Source: Haliotis cracherodii (taxonomy: Eukaryota). From it: DNA of 64,000 bases. This document shows positions 13,589-26,500 of this stretch, one piece after another. The stretch is from the NCBI RefSeq assembly GCF_022045235.1, contig NW_027266293.1, forward strand, positions 620,001-684,000, in the 5' to 3' direction. The notes under the pieces are model-generated. The model had not been told where the DNA came from, made no database searches, and saw only the letters and a list, made by a program, of their open reading frames with translations. Made by a program: the position numbers and the translations under genes. Every line of letters begins with the position of its first letter. The first letter of the stretch is position 1.

Positions 13589-13689
13589 TATAAAAAAAGT
13601 GTTTCCGACATCCATAAAAAAAATTATACGTAAAACGAAATAGTCATTTCTGCATGGATTGGGATTGATTTGTGTGAAGGAATGGGGTA

Positions 13690-14379
13690 TTGAAGAAATT
13701 TGGTGAAAAGATTGAAAACAAACAGGTAAATCATATTTGGTCGTAGCCAGGCTTTTACACGTAGCACATGGCACAATTACAAGAATGTGGAACCGTCATC
13801 AGACACACTGGACAACATGTGACTTTCCCAGATCCGGTCAACCACACATCACAAGTGGAGCGCAGGACAGATTCATACAGCTACGCCACTTACGCGAAGG
13901 AACCGAAAAAAAAACCCTACAACTACGGCAATACCAGGACAGTGACAGTGAGGAACCGTTGAAGGTCTTCCCGCTAGACGGACCAGTTCGAGGTGTCAAT
14001 GTGACGTCGGCTTGGACGTCGATGATGTGAATATAGCCACAACTACGATGGTCGCTTTTTTATGCTTCGCCGTGAGGATAGAAGACGTCGTGTTTACAGG
14101 CGTCGCGGGGAACGTTATGCACGAAACTGCATGCAGAAAATGGACAGATATTGGTGGTTGTTGTGGGCAGTCATCTCCTACACTGATAGAACAGACTTGG
14201 TGCAAGTTCTGGGGAATTTAACGACACAAAGTTACACGGTGGAGTTTTCGTGCAACAAGCGAACGTCATTTTCCAACAAGGCAACGCCTCACACAGCAAC
14301 AGCCTTTTTCACAAATCACAACATCCAGGTTCTCCCTTGGCCCTCTAGGTCTCCAGATTTAAACCCAATCAAAGATTAA
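13690..14379 (+). mobile_element. Second, more decayed Tc1 transposase
   Basis: Frameshifted pieces: VARLLHVAHGTITRMW, RSGQPHITSGAQDRFI, RRRVYRRRGERYARNC, LPWPSRSPDLNPI. Confidence 0.8.
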
Positions 14380-14509
14380 AACAAAGTACAAGATCTATGC
14401 AATGATTCAGTCGGACTACCATTTCAGATAAGTGAATCAATAATATTAAGATTTATTTCCATAGCAAGCGCAGACAATACAGGTTTGTTCTCTCATTCTC
14501 TGAACGTCA

Positions 14510-17500
14510 TTACTGGCTACTGCAGGAGGCTACGTTAGCCTCAGGGAAGACGAGGAACCCGAATGACTTCCCGGGGAAGGTGATGGTGTTTTCTTCTGTC
14601 CTGTAAGGTTTCAGCTCCGGCAGCGAGTTATTGACAAGGTCAAGCTGCTTGTTGTTCAAGGCCACCTTCCTAACATAATAAAAACAGAGAACTGAACATG
14701 AGGTGACATGCTACATTGTGAACGATTACAGTTTGTAACTTTCATGTATCACATGTGCATGTTATGGTAAGCCAATACATATATGATAATTTCACGAATG
14801 GTTTTCTGTGGTTTTCAAGAAGAAAGTACCCACTTACTCTTACAACCTGCAACTCATTCATATATTAGTGTAAAAGTTAGTTTGGGAAATAACATACTAG
14901 TGACATCGATTGGTGTGAACCAAAGGACGTCTGGTGAGTCCAAGGACAAGTGTGAACTAGACGACTTCTATACCTTGGCTGGGGATCTTACCTGCTAGTG
15001 AGTTCATCGACTGGCGTCAACCAGAACACGTCTACAGGTTGGTCGGGATCTTATTTGCTAGTGAGTCCATCGAGTGGCGTCAACCAGAACACGTCTACAG
15101 GTTGGTTAGGATCTTACTTGCTAGTGAGTCCATCGACTGGCGTCAACCAGAACACGTCTACAGGTTGGTTGGGATCTTACTTGCTAGTGAGTCCATCGAC
15201 TGGCGTCAACCAGAAAACGTCTACAGGTTGGTTGGGATCTTACTTGCTAGTGAGTCCATCGACTGGCGTCAACCAGAACACGTCTACAGGTTGGTTGGGA
15301 TCTTATTTGCTAGTGAGTCCATCGACTGGCGTCAACCAGAACACGTCTACAGGTTGGTTGGGATCTTATTTGCTAGTGAGTTCATCGACTGGCGTCAACC
15401 AGAACACGTCTACAGGTTGGTTGGGATCTTACTTGCTAGTGAGTCCATCGACTGGCGTCAACCAGAACACGTCTACAGGTTGGTCGGGATCTTACATGCT
15501 AGTGAGTCCATCGACTGGCGTCAACCAGAACACGTCTACAGGTTGGCCGGGAAACTGTGGGAACGTTATGGAGGTGTTGTTGTCTGTGGTCAGCAGGAAG
15601 TACATCGTCACACCGCCGGGCATGTAGCCATAGGAACTAAAACACAACACTAAGTATTAGCAGACTAATTCACTTTGCATGTAAATGAACTCACATGGTA
15701 TCGTGATTGCGGACGGAAGGAGAACTATGTTACCACGTGAATTACAAATAAAGGAAAATGAGGACAAATGGTCATCAATAATGTTGCCGCTTCCATCCGT
15801 TCCCCGTCCGCGTCATATCAGAAGACGTCAAAAGATGGCACTTGTTGTTACCCTGTAACCCGCAATAATCTTATGTTAAACCCTGTTTTATGGTATCTCA
15901 CCTCACATAGCCTTTATCTCATTCGATAGTTTGTTATTATGAATGTTCGTGTTTGTAGCCTGATGCATTACGATGTCTGGTTACAGCTGTGATATTGGTT
16001 GTCAAGTTACATGGATGTCTTTGTGCAGTGGGCGTAGGCCCTGATGGTGCTGTTGTCCACGGTCGCCTCTACTGAAAACACGGCGCCTCCCACGAGTCTC
16101 TTATACAGGACGGTTAACCAGTAGTCCTGCAGTAAAATAAACTTTAATCAGATTGACTAAAACCAAATCATCATTTGTCATTAATATAGATGTAAAAATA
16201 AAGCAAACATGAAATGCAACTACATTTTGCTATGTGAAACGTTCACTTTTTTCTTAAGGTATTTAGGTTGTGGCATATACAGAAGAGAGCGTCTTGGAAG
16301 AGGAAAGGCATTATCACACTGACTAAGCTGAAATATTGATTATTGTAACATGTTTTCAATATTTCAGCTCAGTCAGTTCGATTATTTTTATTCTCATTCT
16401 CCACTCATATCTGGTCATGTTTTCAACTTATACATTAGTTTTCATCGATACATGAGATGATAGTGAAGATAATTGTTTGCTAACATAGACGTCTATATGT
16501 CCGCATGAGCAATCTTGCAGCAATTAGTGAGTGAGTGAATATGGTTTTACGCCGCAATATTCCAGCAATATCACGGCGGGGGACACCAGGAATGGTCTTC
16601 ATACATTGTACCCATGTCGGGATTCGAACCCGGGTCTTCGGCGTGACGAGCGAACGCTTTAACCACTAGGCTACCCGACCGCTCCTGCAGCAATTAGGCT
16701 TCATAATCCTTACAAGATGGCTAATGATTTCATTCCATGAGATAAATGCACAACACTCAACCCACTTTGACGACTGACGACTGTTGCAGAATTATTAGTC
16801 ACGATTACATGGTCGTGATTTACTCATACCTGTATATACAACGTCAATGCTGGAGAATAACCAGTCTCGATTTTAAAAACGAAATAGATTCCATTTGGCT
16901 TGAAGTCAACATAAAGGTGAATCTATATTAATGCAGTACTGAAAATCAGTGATTGTGTTTTTTATAGATGCTACATATATGTCTGATATTCCCAGTGTAC
17001 CTCCATTATAACAGGAGGATGTCTCCCCAAGCCAGAGTAAGTGGGCTGGTACGTCTTGACACATCCATAGCTGTCTCTATATAACTGACCTGGTGATCCG
17101 TCAACACGGAAACGGTAAAATCAGAGTGTGCAGTATGATTGATCACTGAAAGTCAGAAAGGACACCAGGAGGAAAGAACTGTCCAGAAGTTGTGACGTCG
17201 TGTAAATGTATATTCAAGAAAGACATAAGAAATCTGGTCGGTTCTGTACTTACAGGCAATGGCTCAAACGTATCATTGTCAATAAGTCCATAGCTTGCTG
17301 CGTAGAAATCCTGTCTGAGAACTGCTTCCAATCCCATCCGAGCAGCAACACCAAGCTTGTCCAGCCACCTGAACAGTGTACACTTTCAACAGGCGGTGTA
17401 TATGTTGCATTTAAACACACACGTCTATTCTATTACATCACAACCGTCCTCACATCCGAAGAAAAATCTTATCTAGGTGTCATCTCGTCATATCTTTAAT

Positions 17501-20500
17501 ATTTCAGCCCTACATAGAGGAGATGAACCAATATTCATTATCAGTACTAAGGTAGGAAGTGTATATGCTAAAGTTGTACGCACAGAAACCCAGCGACATA
17601 TCTGTCTGAGATTCCCGGTGCACCGCCATGATAACAGGAGGATGTTTCTCCCAGCCAGACTGGGGTAAGGGGGTTGGTGCGTCTTGTCACATCCAACGCC
17701 GTCTCTATATTACTGACCAGGTTATCCATTAACTTGGAATCGGTAAAATCTGTGAGGTTTGCAGTTTCGCCATTGGTGTAGTATCTGTGAGAAACATCGA
17801 TAGGTTTGATGACCATTGTTCATCTTCTTTGGTTGGTAGGAAATGTCACAAACAGGTAAAATATGTACATATACTTGGTGGCATGGCTTACGTTATTCAC
17901 TCAGTTAAGACCTGTGATGATAAACATAGATGGATGACTTTTTTAGAGCAGAAGGTAAATTTCCTGTGTAATATTGCATTTGTGGACTTTCCTAGATTCA
18001 AATTGGGCGATGTGTCAGTATTCCAGAAACTTTATACAAATCATTTTATAACTACAAACATAATATTTGACCATTCACTTAATGAATAACCGCTACAGGT
18101 TTACTAATCTAGAACAATACATAGATTTTAAAGTGAACAACCTACTGGTGAAAAGTTATCCTGTCCACAGCCTTGTCTCCCCCTCCTGTGAAGAAACTGA
18201 GGAAACAAAGTGGGCAGTGTTGTGTGAGTTGCTGTAATCTGTTATGTCTTCAAACAGCGATTGTTCATGTATGTTACTTCAAACCATAAATCGAACTCTA
18301 CGTGACAAACTGACGACTACGAAGGTAGGTTTTGTCTCTTCACAACACAACGGATATTTCTAAAGCAACCACGTGAGATAAACCAGTACTATACGTATTT
18401 CAGAACAAAAGGGACTACGATTCTACATCCATAATTATCCAAATTGATATATCACAATGACTTGGTGGCTACAAAAAGCATCAGGTTATTATGATATATT
18501 AATTATTTAGGTAAAATGTTTTCTACTAGGTTGTCGTGGTGTTTCTTTCTAATTGCCATCGGCTGCTGTAACAATGGGTCCACCATCGTGTTACACGAGC
18601 AGGTGGTGCATTTGTTTGTGTTCGGGTGTTATGTTTTGCGACCAGGATTGAGGTTTACTCTTTTGTCAAACTTTACACAAAGATTGTAAATGGCATAACG
18701 CGACATGGTTCATGTAAACTGTATGGCCACGACCCTTACATAAATTCAGTGACGACATTGTCAGTTCAGTCTACTTACTCAGCAAAGAACTGTGATTTTG
18801 CTCCAGTTACAGAGGCCATGTCAGGTCCGATAACTGGTGTCACCTCATACCCTGGTGTCGATCGGAGCAGCTTCTTGAAGGTATAGAAGTCCTTACCTAA
18901 CTGACTGCCGCTGACAGTGATGTTATATTGCCCAGGGAATATGTCAGGTTCTGTAACCAGTTACACTTCTCAATAAATGCCACTAGATGTTATTGGCAAG
19001 TCATAAATCTTGTAAAATTGTGATATTTTCCTTGATTTTTTTTGTATGAAATTAAAGGGCAAAAGGTAATTTCTCAGATTCACGAAAGAAATGTCATCAG
19101 ATGTTCAAACGTTTTGGCACATTTATTTTTATATATTTATTGGTTGTATATTGAATTCATATATATATATATATATATTGAATTAGTTATACACATACCG
19201 TTTCCGAGTTCAAAACCTGCCAGCTGGTACCCCTTCGCACTGTTGTATTGCAGCAGTTCCTTTGCGTTAGTGGGATCCCACTGTCCCTCCTTCCTCTTGA
19301 GGGCGTTCAGACCGAATATAAACTTCCAGTTCACATCCTTCGCAAATGTATTTACAGCATCCCAGGTAGCTCCTGCAGATACAACTGTAGTAACAGCACC
19401 CAAACACATCAGGTAGCTCCTGCAGATACAACTGTAGTAACAGCACCCAAACACATCAGGTAGCTCCTGCAGATACAACTGTAGTAACAGCACCCAAACA
19501 CATCAGGTAGCTCCTGCAGATACAACTGTAGTAACAGCACCCAAACACATCAGGTAGCTCCTGCAGATACAACTGTAGTACCAGCACCCAAACACATCAT
19601 GTAGCTCCTGCAGATACAACTGTAGTAACAGCACCAAAACACATCAGGTAGCTCTTGCAGATACAACTGTAGTAACAGCACCCAAACACACCAGGTAGCT
19701 CCTGCAGATACAACTGTAGCAACAGCACCCAAACACATCAGGTAGCTCCTGCAGATACAACTGTAGTAACAGCACCCAAACACATCAGGTAGCTCCTGCA
19801 GATACACCTGTAGCAACAGCACCCAAACACATCAGGTAGCTCCTGCAGATACAACTGTAGTAACAGCACCCAAACACATCATGTAGATCCTGCAGATACA
19901 ACTGTAGTAACTGCACCCAAACACATCAGGTAGCTCCTGCAGATACAACTGTAGTAACATCACCCAAACACATCATGTAGCTCCTGCAGATACAACTGTA
20001 GTAACAGCACCCAAACACATCAGGTAGCTCCTGCAGATACAACTGTAGTAACATCACCCAAACACATCAGGTAGCTCCTGCAGATGCAACTGTAGTAACA
20101 GCACCCAAACACATCATGTAGCTCCTGCAGATACAACTGTAGTTACAACACCCAAACACATCAGGTAGCTCCTGCAGATACAACTGTAGTACCAGCACCC
20201 AAACACATCAGGTAGCTCCTGCAGATACAACTGTAGTACCAGCACCCAAACACATCAGGTAGCTCATGCAGATACAACTGTAGTAACAGCACCAAAACAC
20301 ATCAGGTAGCTCTTGCAGATACAACTGTAGTAACAGCACCCAAACACATCAGGTAGCTCCTGCAGATACAACTGTAGTAACAGCACCCAAACACATCAGG
20401 TAGCTCCTGCAGATACACCTGTAATAACAGCACCCAAACACACCAGGTAGCTCCTGCAGATACAACTGTAGTAACAGCACCCAAACACACCAGGTAGATC

Positions 20501-23500
20501 CTGCAGATACAACTGTAGTAACAGCACCCAAACACATCTGATGCTCCAATATTTGATCGACCTCTTATCCTACCTCAGTGACAATAAAATCAAAGGTTTA
20601 TCCATCCGCAATACAACAACATGACAAACTATATATATCTTTAGTAGATGTACGCACCTGTAAATGAACGTTTGACATCTACTGTGCCATTACCGGTAGG
20701 GTCAAAGGTCAGGCCATCACCTTCAGTTCCTCCAATCCTCAGATAGCATGGAGACAAGCCTTTAGCCAGAGCCTGAACTTTTTGAGAGCTGGAGGTAAAG
20801 CAATAGCGTGATACACGACATATGTCATAAATAATTGAGCAGGTATATACGTACTATACCACATGCCTTGTATACCTATTCAAAGAGAATACCATTTATC
20901 TAAATACATTAACGAACAACAGAAGTAGCATCATGCATTTATTTACATTTAGTACTAACTACTAAATGACTTTATCGCGCGTATCCAAACCATGGGCTAA
21001 TTACGTCTGTAACCCAATCACCCCTCGTAACTCAATCACCCCGGGCCACCACTCGGCACCGTGCCCGGGGAATAATCCCGCGCAAGCATCATCCCACCCT
21101 TTGTTAGTCCGTCATTCGCGAGCAGCCCTTCCTCAAGTACACACGTGTGTCACTGTATCTAATCGCTTTCCCACTTTACGTTTCCTTTGTACCCAGTCGC
21201 GAACGTTTCGCCGATTACGCTTTGAATACCACCTATTCCAACACTCGCCGTATCTCATTTACACAATCGCGACCGTTTCGCCGATTACGCTTTGAATACC
21301 ATCTATTTCAGCACTCGCCGTATCGCATTTATTCCGCTCTACTCCCGAACTTCACCCTCGGGACAATTTACGCTTGTGGAATACCAACTCACCACCCCGA
21401 CTTTTCGTGATGCCTCCCAAGAGAAGAGCAACCGTCAACCACAAGCTTGTGAGGGGAGCCAAGCAGGCCAGGACAACCAGAAGACAAACCCCGGGAGTAC
21501 ACATTGTACAGGAGACAACAGCTGATGGTGAGTCTGCCAATTACGGAAATATCGAAGGTGGCAACAGAATTAACGTACAATCGGTGCAGCTTGTAAATGC
21601 CGCGCAGGTTGCCAACTCGGCTACCCAGGTAAACGAGCAACTGGGAAAAATACTCCAGTTGCTGGAACATTCAGCTCCCGGCCCGGTTAGCGCAAACCAA
21701 CAGGTAAGGCTTGGTTTTAGTTCTCCCGCCATTTCGCCCAACATAGGGAGAATCCCCGATGCGCACAACGAGGCCGACGGTGACGCGGCCCCAGCCAATC
21801 ACATCGCCGGATACGGGGATTCCCTTTCCTTTCGTGCGGACGGAATAGACGCGCACGTCAAGCAACAGGTGAGGGAAAAAATCTGGCGTGGCGAGTATGT
21901 CGACCTCGGCACAATACTACCAAACACCGAGGGAAGTCACGAGGACGGTACGATTACCATGGCGTATGACTCCTCAGGTAAGGTAATTTTTAAACCAATA
22001 AAACAGCAACCAAAGCGCCTGTCCCTGGCAAGCTAGACTTCAGCTTTCCACATTTTCATGTGTACTTACGTTAGTAGGCACTCCGAGGTCCGCACAACCC
22101 AGGGGTTGCTGTCCTACATGGAAACCATAAGAACGGCGGCACTTCGATTCGAGGGGGGGATGCCTGGTCAACCTACGACCAACAATTACGACACAGAATG
22201 TCAAGGGACCCCTCACGACGCTGGGAAAACATCGACGGGGAGTTGTGGCTGAAGTACATGGTAACACAGCCGGTACTACAACCAGAATCAGGCGGACGGG
22301 GCGCAATGACACGCGTACAGGGGGACATCGCCAGTCAGGTATGCTGGGATTTCAATAAATTTGGCTGTAGCAGGGTCAACTGTAAGTACACTCACAAACG
22401 CGGTAAGTGTGGCAAACATTCCCATAGCTCTAGGACCTGCTTTCGAGGGAATGGGGTCCAACCGACCCCATACAAGCCCAATCCGCCCTTTCCTAACAGA
22501 AAACCAGCCGGCAAGGCAGGTAAATTCAATGGCCCCTTCCCCCGTGGATCTCAATGAAATGGCACCCTGGTTACGCCAATATGCTAGGGTCAATTACAGA
22601 GATGCAAATTATTTATGGGTAGGTTTTAGCTTTGGCTTTAAGGTCGAGTTCCAGGGAAGCCGCACGGGTCGCCTGGCACGAAACTTGCGATCAGCCACAC
22701 ACCAAGATACGGCAGGCTACGTGAAACAAAAACTACAAAAGGAAGTCGACCTTGGCAGGATGGCGGGCCCCTTCAAGGACACCCCCCTAGACAACCTCCA
22801 AGTATCCCCAATAGGCCTGGTGCCCAAGAAGCAGCCAGGATATGGTCAGCACCTGGGTAAGCATGCGGAGGAATTCCGTCTAATTCACCATCTATCCTAT
22901 CCCAGGGGTAAATCTATAAATGACTTCATAGACACAGAGGCCTGCTCCGTTTTGTACGCCAGATTTGATGAAGCTACCCAGATGGTGCAACAACTGGGAA
23001 AGGGAGCATTACTAGCAAAATTCGACATTCAGTTGGCCTTTAGAATTATACCAGTCCACCCATCCGATTTCGAGCTGCTAGGCATCAGATTCGAAGGTGA
23101 GTTCTATTTCGATAAATGCTTACCATTTGGCTGCTCCATATCTTGTGCCATATTTGAAACGTTTAGTACCTTCTTGCAATGGTGCATGCAATCGCATCTT
23201 CCAACGTGTCCGGTCATGCATTACCTGGATGACTTCCTAACGGGGGGCACAGCAGGCACCAGCCACTGCTCAGACAACCTCAACGGATGCGTGAATACAC
23301 TTGAACAGCTTGGGGTTCCTATTGCGCACGACAAGACGGTGGGCCCCACAACCAAACTGACATTCCTAGGGCTGGAAATCGACACCATTGCAATGCAGAT
23401 CAGAATCCCAGAGCCCAAGATCAAGGAGGCAACAAGGGAAATCCAAGACATCCTGTCAACAGGTAACATCAAGGTCACAAAAAGGGCCCTTCAGTCCCTC

Positions 23501-26500
23501 ATAGGCAAGCTTAACTTTATGTGCAGGGCTATACCAATGGCAAGGGCATTCAGCCGCAGGCTAATCGATCTGCTTAGCAAAGGTAAGCAACCATTTCACC
23601 ACATTAGGATTACCAGCTGGGTCAAGGAAGACCTACAAATGTGGTTAACATTTCTTACGAGTTATAACGGCATTTCAGTGTTTCAGGACCAACTATGGGT
23701 GGACAGCGATTTCCTCCAGCTGTTTTCAGACGCAGCGGGTGGCGCCGGCTTTGGGGCCTACATGCAGGGCAAATGGTTTAACGGCGCATGGCCACCCCAG
23801 TGGGTGACGGATGGAACTACACGGGACTTGACGCTCCTGGAGCTGTTCCCCATCACACTGGCCATCCAAATCTGGGGCAAGCAACTCGCAAACAAAAAGG
23901 TCCTCTTTTACTGCGACAACCAAGCCGTCGTAACAATAATCAACAAGCAGTCAACCAAGGCCCCCAGAGTGATGAGCCTACTCCGTCCCCTAATCCTGCA
24001 GTGTCTCCGATATAATATTATGTTTAAGGCAAAGTATGTATGTTCCACTGCTAACACTATTGCCGATGCTCTCTCGAGGTTTCAGCTCAAACGCTTCCGA
24101 GAGGCAGCACCAGCCGCGGACCAGAACCCCACACCTATCCCGTGCAACATATGGCTGATCTGAGGCAGGAAGCCGGCAGACTCCTACAACAATCTCTGTC
24201 TACTAATACATGGGCCACTTACCAAACAGGCATCAATGCCTTGCACCAGTTCCGGTCCGCACACCAGCTACAAGAGGTGTGGCCAGTCCCGCTGGATCAG
24301 GTCGTAAACTTTATTGCTTATCTGTCAGTCACTCACCACTCCCCTAACACAGTCAAGACTTACATTGCAGCGCTGTCTTCACACCACAAATTCCACAGGC
24401 TCACCGACTGTACAAACCATTTCCTGGTAGGCAAGATTGTAACCGGCTTACACAAATCAGCGGGCCGACCAGACACCAGAAAACCGATCACTGCAGATCT
24501 GCTGCAGGTAGTAACCAACAATCTGCCTCACGTATGCTCATCAGCATATGAAGCCAGGCTGTTCAAGGCAGTCTACTGCACAGCCTTCTTCGGTTTCTTT
24601 AGGGTTAGCGAACTCGTCCAAACTGGACCCTCAAAAACAGGTTGCGCCATCCAGAATTTAAGCTTCTCGGGCAACCCCCAGCAGCTTTCAATCCATTTAC
24701 CACACTCAAAGTCTGATCAGTACAGGATGGGGACAACAGTTACAACGTCACCTATACCAGGTAATCCGCTATGTCCGGTAGTCGCCATCAAGCACTACCT
24801 GGAGGCGCGCCCCTCCGGCCCACAACATGCATTCGTCAACTTTGACCATTCCCCCGTTACAAGGTACCAATTCCAGGCACTCCTAAAAAAGGCCTTAGCA
24901 CACAGCAACATAAACACGGCCTGCTATTCTTCGCACTCCTTCCGCATTGGGGCAGCCACATCAGCAGCCATGAACGGGGTGCCTGAACACCTCATACAAC
25001 AATACGGCAGGTGGAAATCAGATTGCTACAATGCTTACATACGCTTACCAACAAATTCAATGTTGTACAATTAAATCAAATAGTCTTTCATGGTACTTAC
25101 TACACTTCTTATTGTTTACAGTTTGGATGGTGGGATCCAGCTACATGGCCAGGGCACGGCAGTACTTGCTCCTGAAGGGCACCAGCCCAAACCAACCGAG
25201 GATGCTATGGCTGGCACGAGGGGGGATGAGGTGGAAGGAGCTGGACACCATTCTGGATGCACAGGTCAAGGCGACACGGCGCAGCCCCAGAGCCCTCATC
25301 ATTCACCTGGGCTCCAACGACCTGTGCTCGGTCAAAGGCAGCCAACTCTACCTTGACATGGTGGCATCAATCCTTCGGATACAACTCCAGCTTCCTGACA
25401 CCAAGATCATCGTATCCTCAATGCTGCCCAGGTGCTACTGGCACGATGCCAGGGATCCACGAAAGATCGAGGGGATGCGGAAGAATATCAACCGCCGACT
25501 GACCAACCGAGTCAAAGAGCTCGGCGGTACAACAGTGCCACATCCCCAGATCCTGGCATCTGACAAGACATGGTACGCCTGGGAGGGCGTCCACCTCAGT
25601 GACGAAGGACTGTGTGTGTTTACGGACAATTTATTGCATGCCCTGGCGCTCGTTTTGCGCCAGTAAGGATATTATCTCCACAGGTTAGTGTTTCCTTTCA
25701 GTACATAAGCAAGCCGGGCAACAATGCTATCTCCGCGTATCGCGTGGCCGTGGGTGTGGGGTAGCACTCTGGTGCTTTGTGGCGGGGTTCTTGTGGGCTA
25801 CACTGCTAGTAACAAATTAACTTGCTTCCAAATTAATACTCGTGCTTAAGGCTACCTGTTTTTCAGCGGGAACCTTTCCGGGGTTACCTGCTTCTCAGTG
25901 GGAACCTTGTCTTTCCCGACTTTTCAGCCGGGGAATCGTAGAATAACATACGTTGGGGCAAACAGTTGCCACGTATATGGGCCCGGCGGCGGAAGTCGTC
26001 TTGTCAAGCGGTAGCTGACAGTTGGGTCCGCGGCGGGAGCCGCACAATGGTTTTGCTAATGGGGCCGGGCAGTGGGATCTGCTTTGGCCGGCTACCTGGG
26101 GCCGGGCAGCGGCAGTCTGACTTAGGCCAGCAGCGTGGAGCTGCTTTTGGCAACGTGGGAGTTGCCAAGCAATGGTAGCGTTTAAATATGCTACCGTGGG
26201 TGCCGGACATCGGTAGCAGTCTCAGGCCAGCAGCGCTAGCTGCAATCGCCGTCGGCCACGCGCGTGGACATGGCAACGGTAGCATTTTTGGTATATACAA
26301 TTAGCAGCTAAGTAGCCCACTAGTACCTGCACACCCTCGGCCATTTAACCCAATCTCATCTTCTGTTTTATTACAGGCACGGGCACCAACGGCTCGGTGG
26401 CCCGTGCCTCTCCTTGGCATATCACGGGATAATATATATATTTTTTTTTTTTTCTGTGATAAACGGCTTGGAAATCATTATTATTGTAGACTTCTGCTTT

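Larger units (their letters stand above)
20966..26430 (+). mobile_element. Ngaro-like tyrosine-recombinase (DIRS-order) retrotransposon, antisense in intron 1 of paralog B
   Basis: GC-richer 5.5-kb block with overlapping gag, RT/RNase H and YR ORFs followed by SGNH. This ORF order is known for Ngaro-type elements. Termini approximate; split direct repeats not recognised. Confidence 0.88.

Noticed and set aside
14998-15653. 209-aa and 204-aa repetitive ORFs on +
   Set aside because: Antisense by-products of a 63-bp unit that is divisible by three; the coding sense is the minus-strand heparanase exon.
20966-26430. Split direct repeats or inverted terminal repeats of the YR element
   Set aside because: Only short imperfect matches between the ends; not enough to call termini by eye.
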